A stretch of DNA of 64,000 nt, taken from positions 1 to 64,000 of the forward strand of contig NIVC01001124.1 of NCBI GenBank assembly GCA_002269645.1, written 5' to 3'. A model generated the notes under the pieces. It worked only from the letters and a program-made list of their open reading frames with translations. It did no database searches and was not told where the DNA came from. Source of the stretch: Macrostomum lignano (lineage: Eukaryota). This document shows positions 1 to 26,469 of this stretch, one piece after another. The position numbers were made by a program, and so were the translations under genes. Positions within the stretch are counted from its first letter, which is position 1, and each line of letters starts with the position of its first letter.

Positions 1-480
1 TCAGTGCCACTTTCCATCCAGGTACATCTGTGCCTCAGTGCCGACTTTCCATCCAGGTGCATCTGTGCCTCAGTGCCACTTTCCATCCAGGTGCATCTGT
101 GGCCTCAGTGCCACTTTCCATCCAGGTGCATCTGTGCCTCAGTGCCACTTTCCATCAGGTAGCATCTGTGCCTCAGTGCCACTTTTCATCCAGGTGCATC
201 TGTGCCTCAGTGCCACTTTCCATCAGGTACATCTGTGCCTCAGTGCCACTTTCCATCAGGTACATCTGTGCCTCAGTGCCACTTTGCCATCAGGTACATC
301 TGTGCCTCAGTGCCACTTTCCATCAGGTACATCTGTGCTTCAGTGCCACTTTTCATCCAGGTGCATCTGTGCCTCAGTGCACTTTCCATCAGTACATCTG
401 TGCCTCAGTGCACTTTCCATCAGGTACATTCTGTGCTTCAGTGCCACTTTCCATCCAGGTGCATCTGTGCTCAGTGCCAC
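1..480. repeat. Minisatellite, ~33-35 bp unit (tcagtgccactttccatccaggtgcatctgtgcc)
   Basis: About 14 imperfect tandem copies visible directly, with many 1-nt indels; ORFs here are repeat translations. Confidence 0.95.
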
Positions 481-792
481 TTATCGGGTAGAATCACAGA
501 TACTAAAATAACTAGATGGGCCACTCAGGCATATATGCGTAGTAAAACAGCTTTCTACTTTCAGTTCAGTAGCAAAGAAGAATACATAAGCTATTTTTTT
601 TTCCTCACTGGCACTAATTTCTCATTTCTGTTGGCATGACAGTTTACTGTTAAATCTGTCAGATTATCGAACAAATAATCACAGCGTGTTGATTAGCCAA
701 CTGATTTCTTGAATAAGACCGACCGAAGCCCGTTCAGTAAAAGCAACAAAAATCTGCTTCAGGCTACCCAAATATTAATCGGTTTTGTTGCC

Positions 793-2593
793 ATGGTAAC
801 AACCGTTGACCGGCCTGGTTGGCGCTGACTGCGGCTGCGCACTCGGCCCTCGCGGTGCGTCTGTCTGTCCCGCAGTTTCCGCCAGCATCGATGCCTGGGC
901 CTCGCCGTCGATTGAAAACGATCGCCTCGTCGGATTTAGCGTCGCCATGGCAACCGTCCCAGCCGGGCAGTACACGGTCGGCACCGATTCGCCTCAGCTG
1001 CCTTCCGACGGGGAATCGCCGGCCCGCCTGGTCCGCTTCCGGCGGCCCTTCCGGTTGGACACCGCTGCCGTGACTCGCGCGCCAATTTGCCCAGTTTGTC
1101 CGGGCTACCGGACACCGGACGGACGCCGAGACGGCCGGCGAGTCCTTCGTCCCGGACATCCTGGTCGACGCCGAGACGTTCAGCGATCCGGTCGTCGTGC
1201 CCGGGCGGGTGGCCAACGCGCCCTGGTGGCTGCCGGTGCGCGAGCCACCTGGCGCCGGCCGGCCGGTCCGGCGAGTCGAAAGTCGCCGCTGGAGTCGTCG
1301 AGTGGGTGCTGCCGGGCTCGTGCCCTAACAGAGAGTTGGGATCTGTCACCTGGAGATGGGATTTCACAAATGAAGTTGAGATCACAGATCAATTTGGGAT
1401 CTCACAGATCAATTTGGGATCTCACAGATCAATTTGGGATCTCACAGATCAATTTAGGATCTCACAGATCAACTTGGGATCTCACAGATCAATTTGGGAT
1501 CTCACAGATCAATTTGGGATCTCACAGATCAATTTGGGATCTCACAGATCAACTTGGGATCTCACAGATCAACTTTGGATCTCACAGATCAACTTGGGAT
1601 CTCACAGATCAACTTGGGATCTCACAGATCAACTTGGGATCTCACAGATCAACTTGGGATCTCACAGATCAACTTGGGATCTTGCAGTAGCTTGAGTTGG
1701 GACTTTAGGATATAGTAGCTCAAGTTACAAGCTACAGAATCCCTATCCTTCCACTGTCGCAGACTCCCGATTCCGTCATCCCGCTGTCCACGTCAGCTGG
1801 CGAGACGCCGACGCCTACTGCCGCTGGCAGGGGAAGCGGCTGCCCACCGAGGACGAATGGGAGGCGGCCTGCCGGCCGGCCTGTCCGACCGCCTGTTCCG
1901 TGGGGCAACGCGCCGAGGCCGGGCGCCGGCACCGCATGAACATCTGGCAGGGCGAGTTTCCCAGGCTGAACACCGCTGACGACGGCTATGTTGGCACCGC
2001 GCCGGTAATTCATCAGCATCAATCATCATCATCACCTGGCATTTATTCTGTCAGATACAAGTTTAATTTTCTTTACACTCTACTTATATTGTCTGTTAGG
2101 AGCAAACAGTGCTTTAAAAAAATTTCGCATGAAAAATTTCATCAGTACGAGTATATAAAGCGACTGTTTTGTACTACTGGTACTGCTGTTCTCTCCCCCC
2201 TCTCCCTCGTTCTTTTGTGCGGACCTAAATATGAACAGCTAGCTTAGCTAACACGAAAGGTTGAAAGCGCTGTGCAGCGTACGTTCAGGGCCTTCTCTCT
2301 ACTCTATTCACAGTACAGTGCAGTTGGGCTGTCGTGCAGATAAGAGAAGGATAGACTGGGCAGGTAAGTGGGGGGAGCCTGGCCAAATAACGTTTCTGCA
2401 ATTCTGCTGCAAATAACGACGAACAAGCTGTTAGAGCACTTTGATTGGCGCTTATATATGATAGGTTCTAAGCCTGAGTTTAAAATGAATCTCAATAACT
2501 GATTAATCCGGCCTGTGAATCGGCTGATAATGTAAACTTTACTCAGTCTAGCATCGGGTACTTTATTAGTCTCTATGTCTGTCTGTCTGTCTG

Positions 2594-2666
<73 letters not shown>

Positions 2667-2713
2667 GTCTGTCTGTCTGTTTGTCTGTCTGCCTGTCTGT
2701 CTGTCTGTCTGCC

Positions 2714-2785
<72 letters not shown>

Positions 2786-2791
2786 CCTGTT

Positions 2792-2886
<95 letters not shown>

Positions 2887-3289
2887 GATCCATCCCCCAA
2901 TTCGCCATCGTAGGTGGACGCGTACGGGCCGCAGAACTCCTTCGGTCTGTACAACATGGTTGGTAACGTGTGGGAATGGACGGCCAGCCGCTGGGACCGC
3001 AACGGCGCACCCGATGAGCTGCCGCAGCGGCCAGCGCCAGTGATGAGATGACAAAAAAGGGCGGCTCCTTCATGTGCCACAAGGTGAGAGTCGACATTTG
3101 TACTTTAACTGAAGCTTAGACGGACCAAGTCGAGTGCTGTCCCGTGTATGTTTAAACCTACCTCTTCTATTACCGCCCGCAGAGCTACTGCTATCGCTAC
3201 AGGTGCGCGCAAGGTCGCAGAACACGGCCGATACTTCCAGCGCTAATATTGGCTTCCGCTGCGCCATCGATGTGGCTAATTCAGACTGA
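793..3289 (+). CDS. SUMF1: Formylglycine-generating enzyme (sulfatase-modifying factor 1), 4 exons (~793-1301, 1763-2004, 2914-3083, 3183-3289); frameshifted as given (sequence error or pseudogene)
   Basis: Piecewise translation gives FGE motifs: N-terminal [86 protein letters not shown]|[15 protein letters not shown]. Introns are GT-AG. Several 1-nt indels break the frame. The start codon and first donor are uncertain. Confidence 0.85.
1378..1682. repeat. 20-bp minisatellite (tgggatctcacagatcaatt) in SUMF1 intron 1
   Basis: About 15 near-perfect tandem copies. Confidence 0.95.
2572..2887. repeat. (TGTC)n microsatellite in SUMF1 intron 2
   Basis: Direct inspection. Confidence 0.97.
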
Positions 3290-3309
3290 AACCTCAGCTT
3301 GTCTACAAT

Positions 3310-4170
3310 CCCCTCTCTTGGACTCCCTGATCCCTGAGCCTGCCGCTCCAGATCCTCTCTCTCTGGCACTTCTGAACCCTGAGCCTGCCGCTCCAGATCC
3401 TCTCTCTCTCTCTCTCTCTCTCTGGGACTTCCTGAACCCTGAGCCTGCCGCTCCAGATCCTCTCTCTCTGGGACTTCCTGATCCCTGAGCCTGCCGCTCC
3501 AGATCCTCTCTCTCTCTCTCTGGGACTTCCTGAACCCTGAGCCTGCCGCTCCAGATCCTCTCTCTCTGGGACTTCCTGATCCCTGAGCCTGCCGCTCCAG
3601 ATCCTCTCTCTCTCTCTCTCTGGGACTTCCTGAACCCTGAGCCTGCCGCTCCAGATCCTCTCTCTCTCTCTCTGGGACTTCCTGAACCCTGAGCCTGCCG
3701 CTCCAGATCCCCTCTCTCTGGCACTCCCTGAACCCTGAGCCTGCCGCTCCAGATCCTCTCTCTCTCTGGGACTCCCTGAACCCTGAGCCTGCCGCTCCAG
3801 ATCCCTCTCTCTCTGGGACTCCCTGAACCCTGAGCCTGCCGCTCCAGATCCCTCTCTCTGGCACTCCCCTGAACCTGAGCCTGCCGCTCCAGATCCCCTC
3901 TCTCTGGCACTCCCTGAACCCTGAGCCTGCCGCTCCAGATCCTCTCTCTCTGGCACTTCCTGATCCCTGAGCCTGCCGCTCCAGATCCCCTCTCTCTGGC
4001 ACTTCCTGAACCCTGAGCCTGCCGCTCCAGATCCTCTCTCTCTGGCACTTCCTGATCCCTGAGCCTGCCGCTCCAGATCCCCTCTCTCTGGCACTCCCTG
4101 AGCCCTGAGCCTGCCGCTCCAGATCCCCTCCCCGGGACTCCCTGAACCCTAAGCCTGGCGCTCCAGATCT
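3310..4170. repeat. ~45-52 bp minisatellite (ccctgagcctgccgctccagatcc + variable (CT)n) just 3' of SUMF1
   Basis: About 18 copies; unit length varies with an internal CT tract. Confidence 0.95.
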
Positions 4171-4523
4171 CCGTTGATTATCCAATAGTCATCACAAAGA
4201 AAACTGAAGTTAAGCAATTGATTAAAAATGGAAAAAATATTGAAGCTGAACAATTTTTTTAGATGCATAATATATTTTAATGATCTGTCTGATTCTATTT
4301 TAGCCTATTAATATTTAAATGTGTCAATTTTTACAGTTCGTAAATTTAAATATATTGATTTTTAATGGTGCTAATTGGTATTTTCTTATCTATTTCTTTA
4401 TTCTAACTGTTACTCGTTTGTGTTATTTATTGATTGAACATTTGCGTTTGCTGATATGAATTTTCTATGCAAGTGTTGGGTTCTCTCGCTACCTTATCGT
4501 TTTTTTTTCTAGAAACTCTTGGA

Positions 4524-7357
4524 CAGGGGTCGGCAAACTCCGCCTAGCGGGTCACGGCCACATGCGGCCCGCGAAGCCTCTCTATCCGGCCCTCATGTCC
4601 GTGAAACTCAATGTTTCTGTCTCTTCTCAGCGCTCTTCTCTAATCTCCTCTTCTCTTTTATCTCCCTCACCTCCTCTCTCTCTCTTCCTCTCCTCTCTCC
4701 TCCTCTCTCTCCTCTCTCCTCTCTCCTCTCCCTTCTCTCCCTCCTCTCTCTCCTCTCTCCTCTCTCCTCTCCCTTCTCTCCCTCCTCTCTCTCCTCTCTC
4801 CTCCTCCCTCCTCTCCTCTCTCTCCTCTCTCTCCTCTCTCTCTCCTCTCTCCTCCTCTCCCTCTCCTCCTCCTCTCCCTCCTCTCCCTCTCTCCTCTCTC
4901 TCCTCTCTCTCTCCTCTCTCTCCTCTCTCCTCTCCCTCCTCTCTCCTCCTCTCTCCTCTCCTCCTCTCCCTCCTCTCTCCTCTCTCTCCTCTCTCTCCTC
5001 TCTCTCCTCTCTCCTCCTCTCCTCCTCTCTCCTCTCCCTCCTCTCCCTCCTCTCTCCTCCTCTCCCTCCTCTCCCTCCTCTCCCTCCTCTCCCTCCTCTC
5101 TCTCCTCTCTCTCCTCTCTCCTCCTCTCCCTCCTCTCCCTCCTCTCCCTCCTCTCTCCTCCTCTCCCTCCTCTCCTCTCTCTCCTCTCTCTCCTCTCTCT
5201 CCCTCTCTCCTCCTCTCTCTCCTCTCTCCTCCTCTCCCTCCTCCTCTCCTCCTCTCTCTCCTCTCTCTCTCTCTCTCCCTCCTCTCCCTCCTCTCTCCTC
5301 CTCTCCCTCCTCTCCCTCCTCTCTCTCCTCTCTCTCCTCTCTCCTCTCCTCCTCTCTCCTCCTCTCTCCTCCTCTCCTCCTCTCCCTCCTCTCTCTCCTC
5401 TCTCTCTCTCCTCTCCCTCCTCTCCCTCCTCTCTCCTCCTCTCCCTCCTCTCCCTCCTCTCTCCTCCTCTCTCCTCCTCTCTCCTCTCCTCCTCTCTCCT
5501 CTCTCTCCTCTCTCTCCTCTCTCCTCCTCTCCCTCCTCTCTCCTCTCCCTCTCCCTCCTCTCTCCTCTCTCCTCCTCTCTCCTTCTCTCTCCTCTCCCTC
5601 CTCTCTCCTCCTCTCTCCTCTCCTCCTCTCCCTCCTCTCTCCTCTCCCTCCTCTCCCTCCTCTCCCTCCTCTCTCTCCTCTCTCTCCTCTCTCCTCCTCT
5701 CCCTCCTCTCCCTCCTCTCCCTCCTCTCTCCTCCTCTCCCTCCTCTCCTCCTCTCTCCTCTCTCTCCTCTCTCTCCCTCCTCTCCTCCTCTCTCCTCCTC
5801 TCTCCTCCTCTCCCTCCTCTCCCTCCTCTCTCTCCTCTCTCTCCTCTCTCTCTCCTCTCCCTCCTCTCCCTCCTCTCTCCTCTCTCCTCTCCTCCTCTCC
5901 TCTCTCTCCTCTCTCTCCTCTCCCTCTCCTCCTCTCCTCCTCTCTCCTCCTCTCCCTCCTCTCCCTCCTCTCTCTCCTCTCTCTCTCTCCTCTCCTCCTC
6001 TCCCTCCTCTCTCCTCCTCTCCCTCCTCTCCCTCCTCTCTCCTCCTCTCTCTCCTCTCTCCTCTCCTCCTCTCTCCTCTCTCTCCTCTCTCTCCTCTCTC
6101 CTCCTCTCCCTCCTCTCTCCTCTCCTCCTCTCCCTCCTCTCTCCTCTCTCTCCTCCTCTCTCCTTCTCTCTCCTCTCTCTCCTCTCTCTCTCCTCTCTCC
6201 TCTCTCTCCCTCCTCTCTCCTCCTCTCCCTCCTCTCCCTCCTCTCCCTCCTCTCTCTCCTCCTCTCTCCTCTCTCTCCTCTCTCTCCTCTCTCTCCTCTC
6301 TCTCCTCCTCTCTCCTCCTCTCTCCTCTCTCTCTCCTCTCTCTCCTCTCTCCTCTCCTCCTCTCTCCTCTCTCTCCTCTCTCCTCTCTCCTCTCCTCCTC
6401 TCTCCTCCTCTCTCCTCCTCTCCCTCCTCTCCCTCCTCTCTCTCCTCTCTCCTCTCCCTCCTCTCTCTCCTCTCTCTCCTCTCTCCTCCTCTCCCTCTCT
6501 CCTCCTCTCCCTCCTCTCCCTCCTCTCTCTCCTCCTCTCTCCTCCTCTCTCCTCCTCTCTCCTCTCTCTCCTCTCTCTCCTCTCTCTCCTCTCTCTCCTC
6601 TCTCCTCCTCTCCCTCCTCTCCCTCCTCTCCCTCGTCTCTTTCCTCTCCCTCCTCTCCCTCCTCTCTCTCCTCTCCCTCCTCTCCCTCCTCTCTCCTCCT
6701 CTCCCTCCTCTCCCTCCTCTCCCTCGTCTCTTTCCTCTCCCTCCTCTCCCTCCTCTCTCTCCTCTCCCTCCTCTCCCTCCTCTCCCTCTCTCTCTCCTCT
6801 CCTCTCTCTCCCCTCTCCTCCTCTCTCCTCTCTCCTCTCTCCTCCTCTCTCCTCTCCCTCCTCTCTCTCCTCTCTCTCCTCTCTCTCTCTCCTCTCTCCT
6901 CTCTCTCTCCTCCTCTCCCTCCTCTCTCCTCCTCTCCCTCCTCTCCCTCCTCTCCCTCCTCTCTCCTCCTCTCCCTCCTCTCCCTCCTCTCCCTCCTCTC
7001 TCTCCTCTCTCTCCTCTCCCTCCTCTCTCCTCTCCCTCCTCTCTCCTCCTCTCCCTCCTCTCTCCTCCTCTCCCTCCTCTCCCTCCTCTCTCTCTCCCTC
7101 CTCTCTCCTCCTCTCTCCTCTCCCTCCTCTCTCTCCTCCTCTCTCCTCCTCTCTCCTCCTCTCTCCTCTCTCTCCTCTCTCCCATCTCTCTCCTCTCTCT
7201 CCTTTCCTCTCTGCTCTCTTCTCTCTTTTCCCTCGCCTCACCTTTGTTGTCATAGTTCCCTTCTCTCTTTTCCATCTCCTCTCTCCCCTCCTCTGGCCGC
7301 AGTCATGCTCTCGGTTTTCTTTCTAGCCATTGAGGTAAAAAGGTTTGCCGAGCCCTG
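4524..7357. mobile_element. Non-autonomous hAT (Charlie-like) DNA transposon whose interior is a 2.6-kb CT-rich low-complexity expansion
   Basis: Left TIR caggggtcggcaaact at 4524; right end aggtttgccgagccctg at 7341-7357 is its inverted counterpart. Flanking 8-mers ctcttgga / ctctaaga match 6/8 and resemble the Charlie NTCTAGAN target. Subterminal ggccacatgcggcccgcg is typical of such elements. Confidence 0.8.
4640..7285. repeat. Polypyrimidine (CT/CCT) low-complexity tract
   Basis: Almost only C and T for 2.6 kb; the long ORFs are artefacts. Confidence 0.97.
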
Positions 7358-8035
7358 CTCTAAGAAGAGGGAAGGTCATCAATTCCCTTTCCAGATACTG
7401 TTGCTGCCGCGTTCTCTAAATGTCCCGTACGCTCATTCCTATCCCGAGACCCGGCCAGCCATGGTAACAGCCAATAGCGCGCTTGAATCCTACCGCTGTT
7501 ACCCACTGCAAGCGCTCCCTATTCCATTGCGCAGCACAGTACAGTTCTCTTTCAATCAAGCTAGCAGCTTTTTGCGCGAACAATACTAAGCTATCCCATA
7601 ATCTTCTTCAGCCAGCTTGGTGCACTTTTATCAGACGGGACCTGTCTCTAAGATTGAAGGGTAAGTTTCTTTATGGGCATGTCTGCATGAGAAATATACA
7701 AATTTTATTAATTACATCTATAAAATATCCCAACTGACCCGGGTTACCAACCCCTCCTCCGTCCCGTTCACTCCTTAGCTCTATTGTTCTTCTATTGATC
7801 TGGCCGTTGACCGTGCAGTATCCAGTTTATATATCTACATATAGTGGCTAGGCTTGTCCTATGCTGCCAGGACTCTACATTGCGGATAGTTTAGCTTTGC
7901 ACTATTTGTTTAATCTAGCCGACTATCCAGCCCTAGAACAAGCCGACTTGATTATCCTTCAAGCGTAATAACCAGTGCTATGGTAAGCCTGTACTATCAG
8001 GTTCCTAATGTTTTTTAATTATTGCTTGTTTTTAA

Positions 8036-8290
8036 GGGCGTTGTAGCCCCTAGTGGTTGGGGAATCGGACTCAAGACTTGAAGGTCGGGGGTTCGATTCT
8101 TGATTCCAGTCGGAACAATTTGTGTCCTTGAGCAAGACACACTTAAGAGGGTGTGTGTGTGGCGACTCCCCCAGTCCTTGGACTGAACAGCCGTACGGGC
8201 CTTCAGATGCACCGCGCAATAGCTGCGACTGAGCTGTCGGTTGCACATCTGGCCCAATTCGGGCAGGTTAATCAATAATAATAATTATTA
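8036..8290 (+). mobile_element. tRNA-derived SINE
   Basis: tRNA-like head with A-box-like tagcccctagtgg and B-box-like ggttcgattct. It is followed by gtgtccttgagcaagacacactt, resembling conserved central domains of invertebrate SINEs, and an (AAT)n tail. Confidence 0.65.
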
Positions 8291-8419
8291 TTACTGTTTA
8301 TAGAAAATGCTCGAACAGTGTCGCATTGTTTCAGTATAATTCTACTTAATACCGCTTGGCTTTCCTGCTCTATAAGACGTTGCATTAATTTTGTTTTATA
8401 GGTTTCTAAATCGTACAAA

Positions 8420-23122
<14,703 letters not shown>

Positions 23123-23904
23123 CCTGCTGCTCGGTCTAGCTAAACTGCATGGCGGAGCGATGGCTCACCTTAACAAATGGAGTTTCTCTTAGCAACGGGG
23201 TTCACCTTAGCGATGGGGTTTGTCGTGGCAAATGGGTTTTCTTTTTGCAACGAGTTTATCCTTATGAATTTTTGAAGTTTCACTTAGCAACCATCAGTGT
23301 GTAACTTTCGCGTAATTGTATTTTCATACATCGATAATTTATTGTCATAACTGTATTATATTAACGAGCTAGTTAAGCGGTTAAGCGGACCTTTTCCATA
23401 TTTACAGTAACTTTTTCTTTTTAGCCAGTAATTTGCAAATTCAGCATATCTCCGCTGTCATTGAACTCTTAATACTCATACAGAGTTGAAGCCGCTAATT
23501 GCTCAGACAGGCGTGGACACCTGTTAAACTGTTTATCCTGTCATATTCCCTGACACAGTTGTGCGGACAGAGCGTTTAATAAATGCATTCTATATTTTTT
23601 TAACTCGCAACCCGTTTTTCCTTTGGAAAATTCTTCCAAACAGTGGGAAGTGTTTTTGGTTAAGAGGGACGGAAGATCTTTAGGTTAGGAGCGCTACTGT
23701 TTGTCAATTTAACTGGAGTCAGAGCAACTATGTTCTGCGTATGATATTTACTTTTTTACCGAATTCATGTCATAAAATATACCGAAAATTCCGTTTCTTA
23801 GTTCTTTGCTGTTTTTTTAGTTAATTGATTTTCGGCGCATGGGTGAGACAAGATTTTCTAAGAATTCAGGGGAAAATGGAAGATGTTTTTATCCTGCTCT
23901 TGTC

Positions 23905-24450
23905 ACTATGAGAATTGAGTATGCGATATTCTCACTATGAGAATTGAGTGGGCGATTTTCTCACTATGAGAATTGAGTATGCGATTTTCTCACTATGAGA
24001 ATTAAGTGGGCGATTTTCTCAGGATGAGAATTGAGTGGGCGATTTTCTCAGGATGAGAATTGAGTGGGCGATTTTCTCAGGATGAGAATTGAGTGGGCGA
24101 TTTTCTCAGGATGAGAATTGAGTATGCGATCTTCTCACTATGAGAATTGAGTATGCGATATTCTCACTATGAGAATTGAGTATGCGATCTTCTCACTATG
24201 AGAATTGAGTATGCGATATTCTCACTATGAGAATTGAGTATGCGATTTTCTCACTATGAGAATTGAGTATGCGATTTTCTCACTATGAGAATTAAGTGGG
24301 CGATTTTCTCAGGATGAGAATTGAGTGGGCGATTTTCTCACTTTGAGAATTAAGTGGGCGATTTTCTCAGGATGAGAATTGAGTATGCGATTTTCATACT
24401 ATGAGAATTGAGTGGGCGATTTTCTCACTATGAGAATTGAGTGGGCGATT
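23905..24450. repeat. 29-bp minisatellite with internal inverted repeat (attctca-cta-tgagaat)
   Basis: About 18 copies in two interspersed variants; no unique spacers. Confidence 0.93.
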
Positions 24451-25112
24451 TTTTTGAGAATTTGACGATATGTGGCGTAGGTACGCAAAAACATTTCTAT
24501 AATCAATAAAAAAATCATGCTGGCTAAAGCCGCAGCGTACAATTCTGAATAATCATCGCCGTTATAGGTCGAACTGCTCCGGGCACGGGGCTGGGCGTTA
24601 TTTAAAATCGATATATTTATCAGATATAAACCAAAACTGAGTTATTATTACACTACTGTAGAAGGGATGGTTTACAGTAGAATTATAAATGGCCTCACTG
24701 TATGCAGAGACGGTATTCAGCATAGCTTAGCTTTAATACACAAGGACCAGCCGCTATCAGTAGCGGACAAAATGTTGAAAAAAAGTTTAGAATTGCAAAT
24801 AACAAAAAAATTCCTTTCTCGGTGACTGCAATTATCTGTCAGTGCTGAATATATACTTATTAAAATTATATAATTTTCTGTAATAGTAATAGTTTATAAA
24901 GATGAGAACCGCTGATAGTTGCAGGCAATCTGCAAAACTTGAAATTTATAAATAACAGCGCGAAGTTTTACAAGCTGAACCTGTATGCACCGATTAAGTG
25001 AATTTAGTGCACTTCCTATTCACAATTGCATGCTGGGATTAAAATATTGAGTACTGATGGACAAGAGCAAGAGGGTTGGTGGTAGAGACAGAGACCGCTG
25101 ATAGAGACCCAT

Positions 25113-25262
25113 CAGCGGCGCATCCAGAAATGTGTTTAGGGGGCGGATTATGAAGGCTACCTCGTAAAGACCCAAAGGGGCGGAAGTGGTGGTTCTGTAT
25201 TTTGGCAAAATTTCCGGTACCCAACGAAGGGGGGAACGCCCCCCCCCCTTGATACGCTCCTG
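25113..25262. mobile_element. 150-bp MITE with 8-bp TSD
   Basis: Imperfect TIRs cagcggcgcatcca / ttgatacgctcctg; flanking 8-mers agacccat / agaccgat match 7/8. Confidence 0.7.
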
Positions 25263-25269
25263 AGACCGA

Positions 25270-25885
25270 TAGAGACCAGAGAGAGACAAATAGAGAACAG
25301 AGATAGAGAGTGATAGAGACAGATAGAGACCAAGTGGAGACCAGAGAAAGACAAATAGAGAACAGAGAAAGAGACCAACAGAGAACAGAAATAGAGACCG
25401 ATAGAGACCCATAGAGACCAGAGATAAGAGATCGAGACCAATAGAGACCAGAGATAAGAGATCGAGACCAATAGAGACCAGAGATAAGAGATAAGAGACC
25501 AGAGATAAGAGATAAAGACCAGAGATAAGAGATCGAGACCAATAGAGACCAGAGATAAGAGATCGAGACCAATAGAGACCAGAGATAAGAGATCGAGACC
25601 AATAGAGACCAGAGATAAGAGATCGAGACCAATAGAGACCAGAGATAAGAGATAGAGACCAGAGATAAGAGATAAAGACCAGAGATAAGAGATCGAGACC
25701 AATAGAGACCAGAGATAAGAGATAGAGACCAGAGATAAGAGATAGAGACCAGAGATAAGAGATAAAGACCAGAGATAAGAGACCGAGACCAATAGAGACC
25801 AGAGATAAGAGATAAAGACCAGAGATAAGAGATCGAGACCAATAGAGACCAGAGATAAGAGATAGAGACCAATAGAGACCAGAGA
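25270..25885. repeat. GA-rich compound minisatellite (gagaccagagataaga / gatcgagaccaata)
   Basis: Direct inspection. Confidence 0.92.
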
Positions 25886-26469
25886 CAGGTATACTAACCG
25901 CAAATTTAATGAGAAAAGGTAACAAATCAGCAGAATACAGACAATATAACAACTGGATGAACGTAGAAAAATAAATTTATTAATTAACAAGCAGGACAAC
26001 ACGATCTGTAGAGATCAATCAATCAGTCAATCTATCAATAAACGAATCAAAAAATCAGACTGACCGAATCAATGCGAAATGAACAATGACAATTGAAAAC
26101 ATTCAGACGGGAATTCAGAGGCGGGGGAAATGTTTCAATCAAAATTGAATAAAAGAACAAACCAAGCCAGGGAATTTTTATATTAGGATCTGAGCTAGTA
26201 GGGACTCCCGCGGCTGTTACTGGGGGGTATATTTTACGATCCTGCTTGGAATCAAGTCCGGGACCTCCAACATTAAAAAAATTCTCTTTTGTCACAAAGC
26301 CGCCGCGGAGCCCTATATAGCTCTACAATCTCCTTTATAGGACAGGGCATTAAAACAACTACTGGTTATAAACTAAGAAAATCTATATTTAGAATCATGA
26401 TGCATAAATGAGTCACAGGTTGCTAAGTACAATTTATAATTAGCCTGCAGGTGAAAGAGGTGTTGGGGC

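Noticed and set aside
3070-4185. 371-aa repetitive ORF on the minus strand
   Set aside because: Minisatellite translation antisense to the SUMF1 3' end.
4519-7326. Very long ORFs (880-935 aa) on both strands
   Set aside because: Translations of a CT/GA low-complexity tract that lacks stops by composition.
8036-8110. tRNA-like sequence
   Set aside because: No clean acceptor stem, and it continues into a SINE body and tail; treated as a SINE head. The same applies to 52525-52600.
23905-24450. Palindromic ~29-bp direct repeats resembling CRISPR repeats
   Set aside because: Units are contiguous with no unique spacers, no cas genes are present, and the context is eukaryotic.
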